A stretch of 64,000 bases of DNA from Octopus sinensis (Eukaryota): contig NC_043004.1 of NCBI RefSeq assembly GCF_006345805.1, positions 42,904,001 to 42,968,000 of the forward strand. Direction: 5' to 3'. Below, in pieces: positions 27,169-39,900 of the stretch. The translations under genes were made by a program, and so were the position numbers. How positions within the stretch are numbered: position 1 is the stretch's first letter; every line of letters starts with the position of its first letter. The notes beneath the pieces are model-generated. The model was not told the origin of the DNA. It did no database searches and saw only the letters and a program-made list of their open reading frames with translations.

Positions 27169-27322
27169 TATATACATATCTACTCTCTATATATATGTGT
27201 ATATATATATATATATATATAATATATATGTTATAATATATATATATATATATATATAATATATAATATATATATATACATATCTATCTCTCTATATATA
27301 TGTGTATATATATATATTATAA

Positions 27323-27397
<75 letters not shown>

Positions 27398-27854
27398 TTA
27401 CTATTTACTCTATCTATTTAGTCTATTTGTTTTACCTTAATATTAAGTATTTCACATATAAATGATTGTAGGAAACTACCCTGATGTTTTAAGTTTCAAA
27501 TTTAGTTAATGGAGTTTCTTCTAGAAGAAAAAATATTATTCTATTTATTTTTTAAATAAATACCGTTTATCTCTATTTGTTTATTTATTTAATTGTTATT
27601 TTTAACCTGAAGATTGAATATAATTTTAAATTGAATTTATTTTAATTAATTTAAATTTAATTGTAATTTGAATTTAATTGTAACCATGAAACGTATGTAG
27701 TTTTTTTTTACTTATTATATATTGATTATTAATTTTAATACATTTTGAGGTCAATAAAAATATATTTTATTTGTTATTTATATTTTGGCTTATGTCTATA
27801 TATAGAGAGAGAGACTACTTATAAAATAGAAAGACATGCAGTCAAACAGCATGT

Positions 27855-27970
27855 ATTTAGAATAAGTACTGGGCTTATAAAGTATTAGTGTTGGGGTCGA
27901 TTTGCTCGACGAAAGGCGGTGCTCCATCATGGCAACAGTCAAATAACTGAAACGCGTAAAAGAGTAAAGT
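27855..27970 (+). mobile_element. 3' half fragment of type A SINE
   Basis: agaataagtactgggcttataaag...ggggtcgatttgctcgacgaaaggcggtgctcc...cagtcaaataactgaaac matches ~483-585. Confidence 0.8.
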
Positions 27971-28267
27971 GTATTTGGAAATAAGTAATTAAAGTAAATA
28001 AGAATATTTAAATGAAAATGAAAATGAACAATAAAAGTAATAAGATAATAATTATAAAATATATAAAAAACATTAAAATTATATAAGAAAAATAATAAGA
28101 AAAAATAGGGATATGTAAGGTTATCAAATAAGGATAAGTATGTATTTATATATATAATATATATATATTATATATGTATATCTACATCTATATACATATG
28201 TATGTATATATATATATATATATATATCTACATCTATATACATATGTATGTATACATATATATATAT

Positions 28268-28316
<49 letters not shown>

Positions 28317-28319
28317 TTT

Positions 28320-28380
28320 GTATATATATATATATTTATAAATATATATATATATGTATATATATGTATGTATATATATA

Positions 28381-28412
<32 letters not shown>

Positions 28413-29457
28413 GAGAGAATGTATATATCAGTCTGATATATGACTATATCTTTGTGCAGTACTAATTCATTGAACTTAAGAGTATCATTGATATTGATTA
28501 CGAAATTTCGAAATGTAGGACATTTTTTGACTGTAATTCATTGTTATTGTCGAGTCTCTGCTGAGTGAATATCCTTGGACATGTGGGTTTCAGTGTAGCG
28601 GTAATAAAGCTCGATAGTGAGTTGCTGTGTTATTGAGATATTCTTTTTGATTTAATAGGGTTATGTTAGTGCTTAGTACTTATTCATGTATGTAGGACTT
28701 TGTACGCCTGTCTGAATATGTATGTGTGTCCGTGTTGGCATTTAGTTATAGTACCATATTTATAGCTTCATTAAATTTATTCTTCGGATTGACATTGTAC
28801 TATTCAAATGTTCAAGAGTTAGTGCAGTATTAAAAGATTAAGCAATTGTGTGTCAACATTTTTACTGATTTTTTTACGTGTACACAAAGTAGACGGTATG
28901 TTTTAGTTGGTCAAATATTTACTTTTTGTTGTTGTTGCTTTATATTTTTCTATTTTTTATTTGGAATGCGGGCGTTAATATTCGGAAGAAAAATAAAATA
29001 AAATTTTCAAAACAACGATTTACAATTTTTTTCTTATTGTAATATATGTGTGTGGTGTGATATAACTTGTTCCTGTTCGGGTTGTAAAATCTACGTGTAA
29101 TGGGCCTTTCGTGCCTTGAAACCGTTTACTCTAGATCTAATATATGTAGATATAGGATTTCCTGTTCCTGATTACCCTTGCGGTATATGCCGTTTTATTG
29201 ATAGACAGTTTCATTTTAGAGGGAAGGATGTAGGTATTCTATAATTGCCACTGTGCTTTGTGAGGTCTAGTAGGGCTGCGAGCTTGTAGAAACGTTAGCA
29301 CACCGGGCGAAATGCTTAGCGGTATTTCGTCTGTCGTTACGTTGTGAATTCAAAGTCCGTCGAGGTCGACTTTGCCTTTCATCCTTTCGGGGTCGATAAA
29401 TAAAGTATCAGTTTCGCACTGGGGTCGATGTAATCGACTTAATCCCTTTGTCTGTCC

Positions 29458-29523
<66 letters not shown>

Positions 29524-29603
29524 TTATATATATATAGTAAGGTCGGATTGTGAACGTTAGATGAATTTTGGAAATTTGAGCGTGTATGTGTAAATTTGTC
29601 AAC

Positions 29604-29656
<53 letters not shown>

Positions 29657-30948
29657 ATATATATGTATTGTATATATATATATATTTATAATATATATAT
29701 ATATGTATATATATGTATGTATATATATAAAAAATATATATATAAATATATATATATAATAGAGAGAATGTATATATCAGTCTGATATATGATATATCTT
29801 GTGCAGTACTAATTCATTGAACTTAAGAGTATCATTGTATTGATACGAAATTTCGAAATGTAGGACATTTTTTGACTGTAATTCATTGTTATTGTCGAGT
29901 CTCTGCTGAGTGAATATCCTTGGACATGTGGGTTTCAGTGTAGCGGTAATAAAGCTCGATAGTGAGTTGCTGTGTTATTGAGATATTCTTTTTGATTTAA
30001 TAGGGTTATGTAGTGCCTAGTACTTATTCATGTATTGGACTTTGTACGCCTGTCTGAATATGTATGTGTGTCCGTGTTGCATTTAGTTATAGTACCATAT
30101 TTATAGCTTCATTAAATTTATTCTTCGGATTGACATTGTACTATTCAAATGTTCAAGAGTTAGTGCAGTATTAAAAGATTAAGCAATTGTGTGTCAACAT
30201 TTTTACTGATTTTTTTACGTGTACACAAAGTAGACGGTATGTTTTAGTTGGTCAAATATTTACTTTTTGTTGTTGTTGCTTACTATATTTATTCTATTTA
30301 TTTGGAATGCGGGCGTTAATATTCGGAAGAAAAATAAAATAAAATTTTCAAAACAACGATTTACAATTTTTTCTTATTGTAATATATGTGTGTGGTGTGA
30401 TATAACTTGTTCCTGTTCGGGTTGTAAAAATCTTACGTGTAATGGCCTTCGTGCACCTTGAAACCGTTTACTCTAGATCTAATATATGTAGAATATAGGA
30501 TTTCCTGTTCCTGATTACCCTTGCGGTATATGCCGTTTTATTAGAGACAGTTTCATTTTAGAGGGAAGGATGTAGGTATTCTATAATTGCCACTGTGCTT
30601 TGTGAGGTCTAGTAGGGCTGCGAGCTTGTAGAAACGTTAGCACACCGGCGAAATGCTTATCGGTATTTCGTCTGTCGTTACGTTGTGAATTCAAAGTCCG
30701 TCGAGGTCGACTTTGCCTTCATCCTTTCGGGGTCGATAAATAAAGTATCAGTTTCGCACTGGGGTCGATGTAATCGACTTAATCCCTTTGTCTGTCCTTG
30801 TGATTATATTATTATTATTATTATTATTATGATTATTATTATTATTATTATTATTGTTATTATTATTATATATATATAGTAAGGTCGGATTGTGAACGTT
30901 AGATGAATTTTGGAAATTTGAGCGTGTATGTGTAAAATTGTCAACTTT
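28320..30948. repeat. ~1.35-kb direct tandem duplication, each unit containing a type B SINE (29273-29460, 30615-30800) and (TTA)n
   Basis: agagagaatgtatatatcagtctgatata starts at 28412 and 29761 (period 1349); units are colinear with mainly 1-nt indel differences; boundaries lie in (TA)n. Confidence 0.95.
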
Positions 30949-30977
30949 ATATATATATATATATATAGAATATATAT

Positions 30978-31017
<40 letters not shown>

Positions 31018-31020
<3 letters not shown>

Positions 31021-33462
31021 AAAACCACGAAAATGCATATTGCAGATAGAAAAAGGTTATTATGACAGGTAGTGACAAATATATACATTTAGATTGACTG
31101 AGGTAGTAATATACGAGTCATAAAGGTCATTATTATGAGATGATTATAAGATGATAATAATAAAGTAAGAGAATAAAACAAACCAATTAGTCTACGCGTA
31201 GGCTATTTATCGTTTGAACAACACCGGTTAGTGTCAGGTCTAATAGTTCCTGAGAAAAAAGATTATTTGTAAGAGAGGTAAGTAGTTCTGGATTATTTGT
31301 AAAGGAGGTAAGTTTTTTCTGGAATTAGAGATGTGGGTGGCGTAGGAAGTGTATAGGGTTTAGTGGTTTAAATTGAAGAGTTAGTGGTGTTCTGTATTGA
31401 GTTGTGTGTTCATATTTAGTTGGGGGAGAAATTTGTTGATGAAAAATGCCTCTTTATTCAACCTTTGTTGCATTGTGGTGGTCTGTGAGCATTGGTAAAA
31501 GTGAAATATTTGGAAATTGGGATTAAGATTCCTGGCACATCTTCCTATGTGATCACTCATCTTTAACTGTCTGTATTGTGGGTGACGGACTTGCTCTTTC
31601 TGAATGGTGATTCATTGACGGAGCGAAATTCCTGTTTGTCTAATATAGAGTTTACAACATTCTATACATGTCATGACATAGATTACATTTGCTGAGGCGC
31701 AGGTGAAATTTGATTTGATCTTAAATATTTCTCCCTGCTTGAATTTGAATTCTGAACCCTTCAAAAGGTGGGGGCATGTTCCACAGTTAGAACGTCCACA
31801 TTTTGTCACTTTTGGCTCAGTAGTTAGTGGGTAAAGTCTAGCGCTGGTTAGTATTATTTTTAGTGACTTCTGTTGCTTTTTGCTTTTTATAATTTTATAT
31901 GAGCTTAAAATTTCGTTCATTGTTTTGTCTGCTGTGAGGATGGGTAGGTTTTGGGTGAGGATATTGAAGGCTTCGTTGTTTCTGGGGTTATGTGTGGAGA
32001 TGTACGGGAGTATTTTTAAGTCTTGTTTAGTATTTCTGCTGCAAGTTTTCCTTAATCTTTGTATCTCTATTCCCTTAGCTCTTTTGATGCCTTCATTTAC
32101 TAATGAGATTGGGTAGTGTATTTTAGTAAGTGTAGATCTAATTTCAAGGAGTCTATGTTCACGAGTGTATGTATCAGAAACTATGGTGCAGATTCTTTTT
32201 GCTAGGTTAAAGGGTATGTTGATTTTTATGTGTTTGGGGTTGCAGGAGTTAAATAATAGGTATTGCTTAGAGTCTGTGGGTTTATAAAAGATGTCCGTTT
32301 CTATGTGGTTGTTAACTATTCTAATTAAGTTGTCTAGAAAAGGTAGTTGCTTACTGTTGTGTTCTACAGTGAATTGTATATTACTGTGTATGTTGTTGAG
32401 CATTCTTTTGAAATCAAGGAGTTGATCCATGCTATCTTGCCAAAGTATGAAGCAATCATCTAAATATCTCTTCCAGTTCACCTTTAAGTAGTAATTGAAA
32501 GAGGCGCCATATTTTTCTAGTGATGATTGGTATAGCTTAAGTTCGTGGTAACCCATTACGAGGTCTGCAATCACTGGAGCAGCTCTGGTCCCCATTGCAA
32601 TTCCGCCTTACTGTCGATAGTAAGTAGTATCGAACAAGGAATGATTGTTCAACAGGACGAATTTCAATGCTTCAATTATAAAATTATGGTTAATTTGTCC
32701 TGGGATCTCTTCTGGGTGTTTTTCTAGCCAACATGTGATTGCTTCTATACCATAGTCGTGTGGGATATTAGTGTATAGCTTCACCGCATCGAAAGACACC
32801 AGTAGAGTTCCGTCCTTTACTGTCTTCGGAAGGTGGTTCAGCATGTCTAGGTCATCCCTGATATAGCTTTTCCCATATTTTAAAATAGGTTTGAGTAATA
32901 CGTCAAGGAAGTTACTCAAACGGTGGGTTTCACAAGAAGGGCCAGCTATGATGGGTCTGAGTTTGTGGTCAGTAGGCGGAGGGACATTAATGCATAGGCT
33001 TGTAGATACTTTGCAGGCTTCACAAATGCGTGGATTTATATGTATCTTGGGTAATCCGTAGAATAGACTAGGACTGTATTTGAAATTGGATAGATAGTCA
33101 ATGTCATGTGTTGTAAGACCCTTTCCATGAGTTTGGAGTAAGGAGGATAAGTTTTTCGGTGTTTTCTGTGGGTTGTAATATGTAAGTTTTTCATAGTGAG
33201 TATTATTTCCCAACATGAATAGCCTACGCGTAAACCAATTGGTTAGTTTTATTATCTTACTTTATTATTATTATCTTATAATCATCTCATAATAATGACC
33301 TTTATGACTTGTATTACTACCTCAGTCAATCTAAATGTATATATTTGTCACTACCTGTCATAAATAGCCCTTTTCTATCTGCAATATGCATTTTCATTGA
33401 TTTTTCCTATTTTACCCTTACATTTCCACGTGTATTTTATATTTTCTTTCATAACATATTTC

Positions 33463-33465
<3 letters not shown>
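31018..33465 (-). mobile_element. Penelope-like element 2 with ~190-250-bp inverted 5' arm, between (TA)n tracts
   Basis: Minus-strand RT-GIY-YIG body; 33218-~33405 is the reverse complement of ~31025-31206; (TA)n at ~30945-31017 and 33466-33532. Confidence 0.92.
31381..33216 (-). pseudogene. Penelope RT + GIY-YIG ORF, 5'-truncated, with in-frame stops
   Basis: ORFs 32608-33216 and 31612-32595: FYGLPKIH, LRPIIAG, MGTRAAP, WKRYLDDCF, DIFYKPTDSKQYL, NVIYVMTCIECCKLYIRQTG; stops after TYYRQ and SLRQ; C-terminus NKFLPQLNMNTQLNTEHH*. Confidence 0.9.
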
Positions 33466-33532
<67 letters not shown>

Positions 33533-33536
<4 letters not shown>

Positions 33537-33715
33537 AGAGTTTACGGAAAAAAACAAAAGACGTAGACGGGTAGTGTACAAAACGAACAGATGTATTAGT
33601 ATAACTCTCAGGAATAGAAAAAGTCTTTTACGTTTCGAGCCTACGCTCTTCTACAGAAAGGAACACAGAAAACAAGGAGAGAAAAAAATGTGTGTAGTGG
33701 CTAACGATCTATCAT
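33533..33715 (-). mobile_element. Short hammerhead-bearing element of a related family, 3' end in (TA)n
   Basis: Minus strand: pyrimidine-rich leader, cttt-CTGTAGA-a-gagc-gtag-gctc-GAAAC-GTA-aaag (33660-33625), ttcctgag motif shared with the 6642-6840 family, end aactctcct(TA)n. Confidence 0.7.
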
Positions 33716-34392
33716 GGCGTCTGAGGTTGGCGAGGGTGGTCCTATCCAACCTTCCCTTGAGCACATCCCTTATGCCATTAAAAAACTTCCATCCGCCTCT
33801 TACTCTCCGTGAGATCTCCTGTTCGATATCTCGGCACGTATTCACTTCCTATCCCAAGTTGACATATTCCTTTATCTCTTCTATTTCATCACTGCCGATC
33901 ACCATTCGACCGTTTGGTACGTTGTCTGACCGCATGAACTTCGTTTTCATGCGGTTCATCTTGAGACCTACTGCAGAGCTTTTGATGTCGAGCTCCGTCA
34001 GTATATTCTAAAGTTGATCCTTGGTTTCACCGATGAGTACGATGTCGTCAGCGAAATGGATGTGGTTGAGGAGCTCGCCATTGATGTTGACACCGCCTTG
34101 CCTGTCGATGCCTCTGATGATCAGCTCGAGACATGCGGTGAAAAGTTTGGGGGAGATTGTATCTCCTTGCTTCACTCCCTTCTCGACCGGCACTCGTACG
34201 GTTGATGACAGCAGAGCTATGTCGGTGGTGCATCCGGAATTTGCTACCCTGAGCAGTTTCACATATTGCGCCTCGACTCCTTGCCTCTACAGCGAGTTCA
34301 GCACTGCGTTGATTTCGACGCTATCGAAGGCCTTCTCATAGTCTACAAACGCAACGCAAAGAGGCAGCTTGTACTCATTCGCTCGCTCAAGG
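33715..34392 (-). mobile_element. RTE-clade LINE reverse-transcriptase fragment, truncated at both ends
   Basis: PLCVAFVDYEKAFDSVE, PVEKGVKQGDTISPKLFTACLE, LNHIHFADDIVLI, EISRRVRGGWKFFNGIRDVL. Confidence 0.88.
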
Positions 34393-34403
34393 TGATATGT
34401 ATA

Positions 34404-34454
<51 letters not shown>

Positions 34455-36919
34455 ATTTATTTCTATATTTATTCACGTATATCTCCCGGCTAAAAAAATT
34501 ACTTTTTATTCACATCCCAATAAATGTATAAATGAACACTGTATAATGTATATTTTATTGAGTAAAGAAATATGTATAATGGATATTTTTATATTCCCAA
34601 AACTGTATTCGGTCAGTCATTGCACCTATGTCTATTAAGTTTCTAAACTTTCATACTCACATCTTGCACTATATTTGTTCGTGATTTTGTCTTTGAGTAC
34701 ATTGTTGTGAATATTCATTAAAGGAAAGAAAGTATTTCTAAGCTTTTAGAGAGATGATGACGTTCATTTAAATGATAAACGGAATAAAATAATTGCTTGT
34801 GGTAAAATAATATTAAACCATATTTGTGATCATAGTATTATTCAAGATTGAGTGAACGTTTATCAGGTGAAAATTTATATCAATTTTTCTGTAGGTTTCT
34901 GAGAAGGATATCTAAAAGTGCGTTAAAATATGTAGCATTGATTTGGTTTAATATTTAACTAGGTAACGAAGCAAATACAAGATATTATTAAAATAATGCC
35001 CGTCAACTGCAATTATATTGTTGCCATAACTGGTACATTCGACGAAATATGGAATGACAGCGTGACCTAGAATAAAAATGCGTACTAAAATTTAGCATTC
35101 AGAACTGTATCAGTTTAAGTTGAGAAGTTAACATGATTCAAGTACAAACCTTTGGTCAGATTCGTTTGGTAATAAAGTGAAATAAACTGTCCGTCTATAG
35201 CAACCACAGCATATACTAGCATATGTGTGTGTAGGGGGGTATGCTTCTGTGTATCTCTGTTTACGCGTGTGCATGTGTGTAAATGTGATTATGTGTGTCC
35301 GTATATATATATGTGTGTGTGTGTATGTATAAATAAATATGGGGATTGTATTATTAAAATACTATCACAATTGGTAAGCGAATTATCAGCCGTACAGGAA
35401 AATTAATAAAATATATACATACACTATTAGATATGTACATATATACAGAAGGGTACTACATGAGTACCTATATCGCTAATGATAGAAGTCAAAAAGTACC
35501 GCAGAATAGTCACAAATCCATTACAGACAAGATAGAAACAATATCAGTGAACAATAATAATGTCTTACATCAAATGGGTTAGAACAAGTAAATGCTGGTC
35601 AACCTGGTACCGGTTTCGAAATTTAGCGCCAAATAGACGCCTGATTTCTCATCAGCCAAAGTCCGCCAGCTAAATTACTACTAACATCCACACCTCCACA
35701 TGTATATGTATACCTATGTCTATCTCACTATGTGTGCATGTATGTATTAATCGAGTATTATTACTAAATAATACAAGGTTAAAGATCGCAAATACAGTCA
35801 AACAATATGTACAACTAAAGCATTCTGAAGGAAATAGTTACAATAAATATCACCCAGGCTAATAATTTCCAATACGATATCATCGATAAGTAGAGTATTA
35901 AAAGGATATATAATTCAGAAATTACCTTCGCAATGTATCGTATGATCCCGGACTTAACAGGTTTGACATATGTTATTATAATATGTAGAACTGTGGCGAT
36001 TAAAATCGCAACGGATTTACAGTGTGCATGATTCGGTTTGCTAATGAATTATTGTTCTGGCTGACCAGTAATGTTGAGTAATGTTTCTTGTTCAACAGAT
36101 AAAGATTAATAATCTTGTAAACCATATTTTATTGAATAGATATTTCTCTGCGGGATTAATGGACAAGATTATAAAGTGAATGGGAAAGAATAATTAAATC
36201 TCGATTTCTTTACTGCCATTGTGGTAGGATTCCAGAGACTAAATTAAGAATCATTTGTCTTTGGGACACCGAAACAGTGTGTTCTGATATACTGTAGAAT
36301 GAGAGAAATTTCTAATATCAATTTACTGATTCTAATGGGAATTTTCCAGAAATGCAATTTATTCTCATATGGGGGGCCTTTCTCCCTTCTTCAACATGTT
36401 TAATGCATTTCATCATAGTTAATGTTCATATTAATAAAAGATCGGCAGAAAACAAATAGTACAAGTAAATTTAAATTCATATCTATTGTTTGAGCATCGA
36501 TGTGGTACTCTAACAAATCATATAGTTGGGAGGGGCAGCAGCAATTATTAATGTGAGCTATATATTTATCTACACTTTGAATAGGAGATCCATATCATAA
36601 TATATCTATTAAAATATGACTAATACTTCATTACAAGTGAAGCTGTCATAAACGAATATACACACTCATACATAAGGTTAAACACATACAATTATGCATG
36701 TATATGTACTTGTGTGTGTCTCTGTGCGCGTGTCAAATTTTGGGTGTATACACATCCGTATAAATTGGTATATACCCCAACTACCTATATATATAAACAC
36801 ACACATATATATAATCATATACTTATGTATATGTATATATATAGGCATATGTATGGATATACATATATATACGTGTATATATATATATACATGTATATAT
36901 ATATACATATATATGCATG

Positions 36920-36964
<45 letters not shown>

Positions 36965-37282
36965 ATACATGTATATGCATGTATGTATATATGCATATAT
37001 ATATATATATATATATATGATTTTGATTTTTCCAGTTTCAGCTCCTGAGCTGTGGCCATGCTGGTGCACATATATATATATATTATATATACATATATAT
37101 AATATATATATATACATATATATATACATATATATATATATTATATACATATATATATACATATTATATATATATATATATATATAATATATATATATAT
37201 TCATATATATATATGTATATATATATATGTATAATATATATATATATGTATAATATATACATATGTATATATTTACATATAT

Positions 37283-37314
<32 letters not shown>

Positions 37315-37376
37315 TCATATATGCATATATATATATACATATACATATATATATATGCATATGCATGTATATATAC

Positions 37377-37407
<31 letters not shown>

Positions 37408-37947
37408 CACAAATATATACACATATATGTGTTTGACTGTGCTTATATGGACGTTGGATTGTGTTCATGAGTGTAAACTGGAATGAAAGTATGAGCAGTC
37501 AAATAACGTGAATCACCTCAGAACATGTTGACTTGTTACAATAAAATTTGACCATAAGAAATACGGAAGTAAAAGGTGTTGAGTCTCTTGCAGCTGTTTT
37601 CCGAGTAGATGCACATATGGGTCTTTTCGTGCAAATGAAGATATGCTATCCATATTATAGCAGTGTATTTCATTTTGAGAGAGTAATACTGTTTCAGGTC
37701 CTGGGCAGATGATTTTAGAAATGATCACCTACTCCTCTATATCATACTTTACATGTAGCTGCTCGATGATAACCACGTTTAGCCATTCGTTACTAAGGAG
37801 CTAAAGCAATCTTTTTTTTTTGTTTCAGTCGCAGTTTAAATCGGATATTTAAATGGAAAGACAATCGGAGCTAGTATATATCACAACATAGCATTACCCT
37901 CTCTCTCCATTTCTCTCTCCCTCTCTACGTCGATCTCTCCATATATA

Positions 37948-39557
37948 CAGTTGCGGTCAAAATGTTCAGAATGGCATTGTTTTCGTCAGAAAAGTAGGTA
38001 TAATTTTTTATCAAATTTGTTTTATATTCTATAATTTTCACAGACAATAAATACGATATTATTTGTTATTGTCTGAGATTTTGGTATAATCTGTGAGGGT
38101 AATCCAAAAGTCATGGATGATTTAGTGATTTACTGCAAAACCCATGGCGGCCAAAATGATCAGAACGGTTGCTTTTACTCCGTGTTTTAGTATATTGAAC
38201 CGGCGAACTCTAATGTTTTGAATTTGTTTACTTGACGGTTCGTTTACTAAACATTAGTAAGAATATCTGCAGTGTACTTTGTTTATATAATGCCACTTAC
38301 TCCGTTACCAATTTGTCAGCAGATTATTAAGCTTCGAAAAAAGAATAATTTAAGTATTGGGTATATTGCAAAGATTGTTAACAAGTCAAAAAGTGTTGTT
38401 CATAGTATTATTAAGGTCTACGATGATTCTGGTTCATGTGAAGCAAGACAGTCTACAGGTGGGCGAAGAAAAATGACCAAGAGAGAAGATCGTGATATGG
38501 TAAAGTTGGTTAAAAAGGACAGATTTAAAACTGCTGTTGCTGTTTCTCGGGAAATGAGCATTGCACTGAAGAAAATTTTATCTCGAAAAACTTTGTCTCG
38601 TCGTTTAGTTGAACATGACCTACAAGCAAGAGCACATGCAGTGAAGCCACTGATCAGCTCCAAGAATAAAAAGTGTCGTCTTACCTTTGCAACCGAACAT
38701 GTGTTGTGGTCTCAAGAAAAATGGCAAACGGTGCATTTCAGTGATGAATCTAAGTTTATGTTATTTGGCTCAGATGGGAAAAGGTACGTTCGTCGAAAAG
38801 TAGGTGAAAAATTGTCGACTAAATGCCTAGTGTTAAATTCGGTGGAGGAAGCGTCATGGTTTGGGGGATGATATCTGGAGATGGTGTGGGCCCTTTGGTG
38901 CGATTACATGGAAAGTAAAATGCAGGAGTTTATAGACAACTTGTAAAAGATCATGTCTTGCCTGTGCTGAGAAATTCAACTAAGCGACCACCCATATTCA
39001 TGCAGGACAATGCCCCATATCACAAGGCTAAAGTGGTCATGAACTTCCTCAAGGCTGAAAAGGTTATTGTTATGGATTGGCCTGCTCAAAGCCCAGATCT
39101 CAATCCTATTTAAAACGCGTGGAATATTCTAGGAGAACGTTCGAAAGCCAGAAATCCTAAAACAACCGAGCAATTATGGAATGCCCATCAGGAAGAAAAT
39201 TGAATAAGATCACCCAGCAAGAAATTGAAAATTTAGTTTCATCATGCAGTCGAAGATGTCAAAGTGTGATTGAAGCTAAAGGTCTTCACGCTAAATATTA
39301 AATAAGTCCAGTATTCTCTGTCATTTTTGATTATTTTGTTATTTTTTCAACTGCTCTGATCATTTTGGCCGGCATGAGTTTTGCAGTAAATCACTAAATC
39401 ATCCATAACTTTTGTATTATCCTCTCAAATTACACCAGAATCTCAGACAATAACAAATAATATCGTATTTATTGTCTGTAAAAATATAAAACTTTGATAA
39501 AAAATTGTACCTATTTTTCTGACGAAAACAATGCCGTTCTGAACATTTTGGCTGCAA

Positions 39558-39560
<3 letters not shown>
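37948..39560 (+). mobile_element. Tc1-like DNA transposon with ~220-bp IR/DR-type TIRs and TA target
   Basis: TA|cagttgcggtcaaaatgttcagaa ... ttctgaacattttggctgcaactg|TA; inner repeat gcggccaaaatgatcagaa; length 1613 bp. Confidence 0.95.
38290..39301 (+). pseudogene. Tc1 DD34E transposase, inactivated
   Basis: HTH region, VHFSDESKF, FMQDNAPYH, WPAQSPDLNPI*; 34 residues between the second D and the E position; the catalytic E codon is TAA (39111-39113); small deletion/frameshift near 38825. Confidence 0.93.
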
Positions 39561-39607
<47 letters not shown>

Positions 39608-39830
39608 GTGTGTGTATATACATGTGTCTATTATGCATGTGTAGATTTATGTGTGTTAGAGTATCTCACCCTCTCTGTCTTTGCGTGTGACCATGTGTAT
39701 ATGGGTGGTTGTGATTTGTTTGTTTGCTGTACAAACTTGTAAATATACACGTTTGAGGATGCATAGTTTATAATATAATTTTACCCCAGTGTCACTTTGA
39801 TGGTATGCACTGCTCTCTCACTGAAATATG

Positions 39831-39900
<70 letters not shown>

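Noticed and set aside
31170-31240. Hammerhead in the Penelope 2 3' region
   Set aside because: Palindromic acgcgt and a partial stem I are at the expected place, but the cores read CTGACAC and gcct instead of CTGANGA and GAAA; at most a decayed relic.
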